A stretch of 32,000 nt of DNA from Marinobacterium iners. GTDB taxonomy: Bacteria; Pseudomonadota; Gammaproteobacteria; Pseudomonadales; Balneatricaceae. The position numbers and the translations under genes are program-made. Positions 26,563 to 32,000 of the stretch are shown here, one piece after another. The notes under the pieces are model-generated. The model was not told the DNA's origin and did no database searches. It saw only the letters and a list, made by a program, of their open reading frames with translations. Numbering within the stretch: position 1 is the first letter of the stretch; each line of letters starts with the position of its first letter. The stretch lies in NCBI RefSeq assembly GCF_017310015.1, contig NZ_CP022297.1, positions 806,774 through 838,773 on the forward strand, given 5' to 3'.

Positions 26563-28584
26563 GTGAATGAACTGAAAGCCTATTTCCACCTTACCCTGGG
26601 CCCGGTTCAGGGTTTTGTTGCACAGGCACGTCGTACGCGGGACTTCTGGGCGGGGTCTTTCCTGCTGTCCTGGCTCTCCAGCGTGGCGATGGCATCGGCT
26701 CAAAAGCAGGGTGGTGTGATCAATTTTCCGATTCCTGATGACCACTTCATGGCTGCGTTGAAAGGTGAAGCTAAAAACAATCCGCCCCAGCAGGGCAGCG
26801 TGCCCAACCGGTTTAAAACCCTTGAGGTCCAAGTCGATCAGCACTTTGACCCTCAACGGGTTGTCACTGATATGCAAGCGGCTTGGAGGGCACTTTGTGA
26901 GCACATCTGGCAGCGTGATATGGTGCCGACGCTTGGCAGCGATTCAAAGCAGGAGCAGATAACCAAACAGATCTGGCATCGTCAGTTGCACCACTACTGG
27001 GAGATCAACTGGTGTCTGGCTGATGAGGCTCATGTTAGCAATATGTTGGATCGCAGAAAAAACTGGCGCTCACATACATTACCGCCTGAGCCTGGGGTTA
27101 AGTGTATGATGATGGAAGGGTTTCAGGAGCTTTCCGGGCTTGAATACCCGGATCAGAAAAAGCTCGACAATTTCTGGCAGCGGATACGTCGTTCAGTTAA
27201 GTCTGGAACGAGCGACCTGCGCCCGGGTGAGTGTCTGAGTGCCCTTGGTTTTGTGAAACGCCGATTTGTGCGCCACTTTAAGGACTTTCAGGGTACCTTG
27301 CCATCCGGCCAAGCCATTTCGGGCTGGCCGCTGCCAGCTCAGGTGCCATCGGTGGCGCATATTGCCGCCGCTCCCTGGTATGCAGCGGTGCTTGAAAACG
27401 CTCAGTTAGACAAAGATGTCGATCAAGCACTGAACCGTTTTTATGATGTGGCCGAGCAGTTGGTCGATTTCAGTGAAACCGCCAACCCCATTCAGCGTGT
27501 GGACTCAGCCATAAAGAGGACGGGCTATCACAAGGAGTGGGCAGGTCTTGATGGCAATGTATTTCACGTCAGTCAATTAGAGAACAGCAAACTTTTTGAT
27601 GACGATCCTGGCACTCAACGTAAGGCAAAGTCGATGCTGAGCGCGCTGAATGAGCTGCGCCAGAGCACAGGTCTGCCAGAGGCAAGTAGCTTCTATGCAG
27701 TGCTCATTATGGATGGCGACAGTCTGGGCAGTCAGATGAGTGACCCTGACAAGCAGGAGGCTATCTCCAAGGGGCTTAACAACTTCACGACCGGTGTACC
27801 ATCCATTGTGCAGGATCAGGATGGCTTTCTGGTCTATGCCGGTGGTGATGATGTGTTGGCGCTGGTGTGCCTCGATAAAGCAGTAGAGCTGGCCTTGCAG
27901 TTGCGTAATTTCTACGCAGAGTGTTTTGCACAACAGAACAAGAATCTGAGCACTGACAAGCAGATCACTACCAGCCTGTCGGGGGCGATTGAGTTCTGCC
28001 ATATGAAGACGCCGCTGACTTTTGTACTCGGTGACTCTCATAGCTTGCTGGATGATATCGCCAAGGATAGAACCGGACGTGATGCGCTGGCGGTTCGCGT
28101 CTGGAAACCCGGGGGCCTCCACCTTGAATGGTCACAACCTTGGCAATATTTGATAGATCAGGCGCAGCAGACCGGTAATCTGCTGTCTGATGTAGTCAAA
28201 ATGTTTTCCGAGCGTGAGCAGAACAGCCCGTTCACCAATAAGTTCATTTTCAAGGCTGAGGAGATGTTGCAGCGTTTGCCGCAGCAGCTGTTGAAGGCAG
28301 AGCAGGATGAGGAGCTGCTGGCAAAAATGCTGCAGGCCGAACTGGTTCACTCAGGGCTTGATCTCAACCAGAATAGCCGTAATAAACAGCAGATTTTGGA
28401 TGAGCTGTTGCAGCCTCTGATCGCACTAGCTACCCCTCATGTGCGTAAAACGGATGATCAGGGGCGCTTTAAAGAGCTGAAACCACAACACCGTTTTGAC
28501 GCAGATGCACTCAAGCTGGTGCGTTTCTTGACCCAGGAGTCAATTTGTCAGCCTATGCAAGAAAACAAGGAGGTGCACGCATGA
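26563..28584 (+). CDS. cmr2: Type III-B Cas10 subunit Cmr2
   Basis: 673 aa. LGPVQGFVAQARRTRDFWAGSFLLSWL, MDGDSLGSQMSD, and the cyclase motif LVYAGGDDVLALV. Confidence 0.95.
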   Translation: MNELKAYFHLTLGPVQGFVAQARRTRDFWAGSFLLSWLSSVAMASAQKQGGVINFPIPDDHFMAALKGEAKNNPPQQGSVPNRFKTLEVQVDQHFDPQRVVTDMQAAWRALCEHIWQRDMVPTLGSDSKQEQITKQIWHRQLHHYWEINWCLADEAHVSNMLDRRKNWRSHTLPPEPGVKCMMMEGFQELSGLEYPDQKKLDNFWQRIRRSVKSGTSDLRPGECLSALGFVKRRFVRHFKDFQGTLPSGQAISGWPLPAQVPSVAHIAAAPWYAAVLENAQLDKDVDQALNRFYDVAEQLVDFSETANPIQRVDSAIKRTGYHKEWAGLDGNVFHVSQLENSKLFDDDPGTQRKAKSMLSALNELRQSTGLPEASSFYAVLIMDGDSLGSQMSDPDKQEAISKGLNNFTTGVPSIVQDQDGFLVYAGGDDVLALVCLDKAVELALQLRNFYAECFAQQNKNLSTDKQITTSLSGAIEFCHMKTPLTFVLGDSHSLLDDIAKDRTGRDALAVRVWKPGGLHLEWSQPWQYLIDQAQQTGNLLSDVVKMFSEREQNSPFTNKFIFKAEEMLQRLPQQLLKAEQDEELLAKMLQAELVHSGLDLNQNSRNKQQILDELLQPLIALATPHVRKTDDQGRFKELKPQHRFDADALKLVRFLTQESICQPMQENKEVHA

Positions 28585-29759
28585 CACTGCGTTGGTCATT
28601 GCAACCTGTTGATAGCTGGTTCTTCCGTGAGGCCCGCTCCCATGATGCGGTTGGTGTAGGGCAGTTGAATTCGATATTTCCGCCCCCTGCCACCACCCTT
28701 GCCGGTGCTATTCGCACCTCTATGGGCGATCATCTTGGCGTTGATTGGCATGAGTTTAATATCAACAATGGCAAACACCATGAGCTTTTGGGGGAAGGCA
28801 ACAACCTGGGCTTACTGAATATTGCAGCGATACAGGTCGTTGTTGATGGGGAGCCTGTCTATCCGGCCCCTCAGGATCTTCTCAAAGGCGCAGATCAAAA
28901 TGATCCGCTGTACCGACTTAAAATTGGTGCTCCGGTGCGCTGTGACCTCGGTTATGTCGCCATGCCTGAGATGGATGCCCCAGCTGGCAGTAAACCACTC
29001 GAAAACCACTGGATTACGGCCAAGGGGTTGCAGCAGTGGCTGACGGGTGGACTGCCGGATAAATCTGAGCTAATCGCGCAAAGTGAGTTGATTACCAGTG
29101 AGGCGCGTCTCGGTATCGGCCGAATCAATAAACTAGGGGTTGTTGATAAAGACAATGGGCTGCTTTACCAGACCCGACATTTACGTCCGACCGGTGAAAA
29201 ACAGTTCAGCATTGATGTGTACCTGCAGGGGATCAGTGACGATCTGGCCCAGCAGTTACCAGAGTCAACCAGCCTGCGTTTGGGTGGGGAAGGGCGCGAA
29301 GCCGCTGTCGCCATTACAAGTGCCGATTTGCCTGCAGTCAAGCTGCCGGATATGCCAACCTGTAAAAAGGCCCGTGGAGTTGTGCTGTATCTGACAAGTC
29401 CCGCCAACCTCAATAGCGACGCGGCGAATGCTGCCTGGTGTCTGCCTGGTTTTACCCCGGTTAAAAATGAGCGCGGTGAGATAACACACTGGATCGGTGA
29501 ACTGGCCGGTGTTGCACTGAAACTGGTTAGCTGTGTGCTGCCAAGGCCGGAACGTTTGGGTGGCTGGGATCAAAAACTGCGTAAACCCAAACCCCTGATC
29601 TCGCTGGCTGCCGCTGGCAGTCTCTACTACTGCGAGTTGCAGCACCCTGACCTGCAGCCACTGACGCCCGAGTTGCTGCTAACGCTGCAGCAACAACCGA
29701 TCGGCACTGATACCAGTTTGGGCTATGGCCGTCTGTTGGCCGGCCTCTGGTTGAACTGA
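28581..29759 (+). CDS. cmr3: Type III-B protein Cmr3
   Basis: ORF 28545..29759; ATG at 28581 overlaps the cmr2 TGA (ATGA). LQPVDSWFFREARSHDAVGVGQLNSIFPPPATTLAGAIRTSMG and the C-terminal IGTDTSLGYGRLLAG are typical of Cmr3. Confidence 0.9.
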   Translation: MTLRWSLQPVDSWFFREARSHDAVGVGQLNSIFPPPATTLAGAIRTSMGDHLGVDWHEFNINNGKHHELLGEGNNLGLLNIAAIQVVVDGEPVYPAPQDLLKGADQNDPLYRLKIGAPVRCDLGYVAMPEMDAPAGSKPLENHWITAKGLQQWLTGGLPDKSELIAQSELITSEARLGIGRINKLGVVDKDNGLLYQTRHLRPTGEKQFSIDVYLQGISDDLAQQLPESTSLRLGGEGREAAVAITSADLPAVKLPDMPTCKKARGVVLYLTSPANLNSDAANAAWCLPGFTPVKNERGEITHWIGELAGVALKLVSCVLPRPERLGGWDQKLRKPKPLISLAAAGSLYYCELQHPDLQPLTPELLLTLQQQPIGTDTSLGYGRLLAGLWLN

Positions 29760-29804
29760 TCAACAGCTACCCAGTATTACACAGTCTTACATAAGGATAT
29801 AAAC

Positions 29805-30716
29805 ATGACCGCGATTGCCCATCAGATTGTTGGTTTGACCTGCGAAACCCCCATGCATGCCGGTGGCGGCAGCAAGGAAGAGGTGATCGACCTGCCGATT
29901 CAGAAAGAAGCACATACTAACTGGCCCTGCGTTTATGGCTCATCGATGAAGGGGGCGCTGCGTGCACGCGCAGAAACGCAGGTGAAGATGGATGCTTCAT
30001 TGATCGCACAAGCGTTCGGCCCTGATACCCTCAACGCCAGCGAACACGCCGGTGCATTGCTGGTCAGTGATGCCCGTTTGCTGTTGTTGCCAGTGCGTTC
30101 GTTGACCAGCCATTTCAAACTGGTGACGTGCCCGGCCTTACTGGCCCGCCTGCTGGCTGATCTGGCACGCACGGGCAACGCACAAATGTTTAAGGTACCT
30201 GCTGTGGCGGCCGATCGGGCGATCAGTCCTGATTGCCAGGGGAGAGATGAGATCTACCTGGAAGAATTTAGCTTCGCGCTATCTGACTGGGCTGATGCAG
30301 ATGGTTGGATTGAACTGTTGCTGAATCTGATTGCCGCCGTGCCAGGTGTGAGCCGTGGCGATCAGAAAGCCGAGTTACAAAAACAGCTGGTAGTGATCGA
30401 CAACGACAGCTTTCGACACCTAAGTCAGGCCGCCCTGCCGGTGCTGCCGCATATCGCCATCAATAGTGAGACCAAAACCGTGCGTAACGGCGCACTTTGG
30501 TATGAAGAAAATCTGCCGGCTGAAACCCTGCTGTACACGGTGCTTGGCTGCCAGCCTTCGCGCAAAAAAGGTGCTAACACCAGCGCCGCTGAGCTCTTGA
30601 AAGCGGTAACAGGACAGCTGTTCGGTCAGCCCTACATTCAGATTGGCGGTAACGAAACCACCGGCATGGGCTGGTGCCGTGTTGCACTGCCACAGCTGGC
30701 ACAAGGAGGTGAGTAA
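29805..30716 (+). CDS. cmr4: Type III-B RAMP protein Cmr4
   Basis: 303 aa. CETPMHAGGGSKEEVIDLPIQKEAHTNWPCVYGSSMKGALRARAE and IQIGGNETTGMGWCRV. Confidence 0.94.
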   Translation: MTAIAHQIVGLTCETPMHAGGGSKEEVIDLPIQKEAHTNWPCVYGSSMKGALRARAETQVKMDASLIAQAFGPDTLNASEHAGALLVSDARLLLLPVRSLTSHFKLVTCPALLARLLADLARTGNAQMFKVPAVAADRAISPDCQGRDEIYLEEFSFALSDWADADGWIELLLNLIAAVPGVSRGDQKAELQKQLVVIDNDSFRHLSQAALPVLPHIAINSETKTVRNGALWYEENLPAETLLYTVLGCQPSRKKGANTSAAELLKAVTGQLFGQPYIQIGGNETTGMGWCRVALPQLAQGGE

Positions 30717-31210
30717 TGGCCAAGTATAAGAAAAATATTAAACAGCCTGCACCTGTTGTTGTATCGACTGCGAGTATTTCATCGGATCAAAGGCCTTTAC
30801 CCCAACTGCTTGAGCAGCACCGAGCCGAATTTGCGCTCAAACAGATTCAGGCCGCTGTAAATCGTCCGGAAGAGGGCAAATACAAACACAGTCAGGTGAA
30901 AAGTTTTTGTCGTCGTTTTCCCGGTATGGTGCAGAGCAACGGCTTTGGACAGGCAGTCGCGTTTTTCTACTCAAAGCGTAATGACTACCCTGCGTATGGC
31001 GTGATCTATCAACTGGTTGAAGACTGGCTGTGCCAGGACAGCAAGGTTTACGCTGCCTTTGCTGAAGCCCAGGCACCACGGCTGTTGAAAGCGATTACCG
31101 AAAGCGACCAGCACGCCTATCGCTTGGCCACCGCTGAAACGCAGGCATTGATGATCTGGGTGAAGAAGTTTGCCGAGGGATTGATCCTGAAAGATGAGGA
31201 GGCCTACTGA
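30716..31210 (+). CDS. cmr5: Type III-B small subunit Cmr5
   Basis: 164 aa between cmr4 and cmr6 with overlapping starts/stops. LPQLLEQHRAEFALKQIQAAV...YGVIYQLVEDWLC is Cmr5-like. Confidence 0.85.
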   Translation: MAKYKKNIKQPAPVVVSTASISSDQRPLPQLLEQHRAEFALKQIQAAVNRPEEGKYKHSQVKSFCRRFPGMVQSNGFGQAVAFFYSKRNDYPAYGVIYQLVEDWLCQDSKVYAAFAEAQAPRLLKAITESDQHAYRLATAETQALMIWVKKFAEGLILKDEEAY

Positions 31211-32000
31211 TGCTACCCCTCTATAATTGGCAGACGCATGCGATTCCTTCGGGTGAGGATGCTCAGCGCCAGATTCAGCATAGGGGCTGTCATCCCGGCC
31301 TCTGGTTTGAGCGGTTTTTTAATCAGTATGATGATGAATTCGCGATTAGGGATACGGCAAAAAGCAGTTTCATTAAGGGATTAGCTGGTGGCTGTGGCAA
31401 TGCTCAGGCCTTGCAGCAAGCGTACCTGCGGCAGTCCGCGCTGGTGAAGGCGTGCAGTGGGGTAACAATTACCCTGCAGGCAGACTGGCATTTTGCCACC
31501 GGGCTGGGTAACCCGCATCCGGTGGAGAATGGATTTCTACTTCACCCAACACTGGCCGCGCCTTATTTGCCTGGCAGCAGTGTCAAGGGACTAGTACGCA
31601 GCTGGCTGGAGCAGAATCTCGGTGACAAGGCAGGCATGCTGTTTCACTGTCTGTTTGGCAGCGAAGATAAGGACCCCACTAAATGTCAGCAGGATTTTCA
31701 GGCTGGTGATGTGATTTTTTTTGATGCACTACCGGTACTGCCGGCCACGCTGCTCTTAGATACTATGACCCCGCACATGGGAGGTTGGTACGAAAAGGGC
31801 GGTACAGAGGATGTATCCATGGCTGCCAACCAGCCTGCCGACTGGCATGATCCCGTACCTGTGCCCTTTTTGGCGGCCAAAGAGCTGGTGCTGATGTTCA
31901 GTTTTGCACCTAGGAAAAGGGATGCTGATTCTGACCAGTTGATGCGACTTGTCGGCAAGGCGTTGCAGGATGCTTTGTTCCATGCTGGAGCCGGAGCCAA
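31210..32000 (+). CDS. cmr6: Type III-B RAMP protein Cmr6 (3' end beyond window)
   Basis: Own translation from ATG 31210 (MLPLYNWQTHAIPSGEDAQRQIQHRGCHPGLWFERFF...FATGLGNPHPVENGFLLHPTLAAPYLPGSSVKGLVRSWLE...), open to the window end. Confidence 0.9.
   Translation, partial: MLPLYNWQTHAIPSGEDAQRQIQHRGCHPGLWFERFFNQYDDEFAIRDTAKSSFIKGLAGGCGNAQALQQAYLRQSALVKACSGVTITLQADWHFATGLGNPHPVENGFLLHPTLAAPYLPGSSVKGLVRSWLEQNLGDKAGMLFHCLFGSEDKDPTKCQQDFQAGDVIFFDALPVLPATLLLDTMTPHMGGWYEKGGTEDVSMAANQPADWHDPVPVPFLAAKELVLMFSFAPRKRDADSDQLMRLVGKALQDALFHAGAGA

Noticed and set aside
26257-26904. Minus-strand ORF (215 aa) antisense to cmr1/cmr2, and the plus-strand ORF 27577..28122 in an alternative frame of cmr2
   Set aside because: Both overlap strongly supported Cmr proteins and have no recognisable domains.

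Overview
The window is a defence-rich accessory region of a gammaproteobacterial-type genome (taxonomy is inference only). From left to right it contains: (i) a minus-strand operon with an MmeI-like DNA methyltransferase, a HigB/HigA-type toxin-antitoxin pair, a superfamily-2 helicase and a GIY-YIG/T5orf172-type protein, followed by a small membrane protein; (ii) a ~2 kb apparently non-coding stretch (about 8.3-10.3 kb) packed with short perfect hairpins of unrelated sequence; (iii) a DraG-like ADP-ribosylglycohydrolase; (iv) a satellite-like replication/integration module (TubC-N-like small protein, P-loop ATPase, CHC2 zinc-finger primase fragment, AlpA-like regulator, P4-type integrase) that abuts a 45-nt 3' fragment of a tRNA-Pro(GGG)-like gene; (v) a second integrase with an overlapping excisionase-like gene; (vi) an array of 20 mosaic ~100-bp tandem units, each carrying an 18-bp GTGTCGA-NTCT-TCGACAC dyad; (vii) a small Cys-rich protein, then an operon with a MoaA-like radical SAM enzyme, a Cas_NE0113-type CARF protein whose C-terminus looks like a winged helix, and a type III-B effector module (Cmr1, Cmr2/Cas10 with GGDD but apparently no HD domain, Cmr3, Cmr4, Cmr5, partial Cmr6). 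The strongest candidates for something undescribed are the radical SAM enzyme coupled to type III-B CRISPR, the 100-bp dyad array upstream of it, the hairpin cluster, and the methyltransferase/TA/helicase/GIY-YIG operon. No CRISPR array and no cas1/cas2 were seen in the window.
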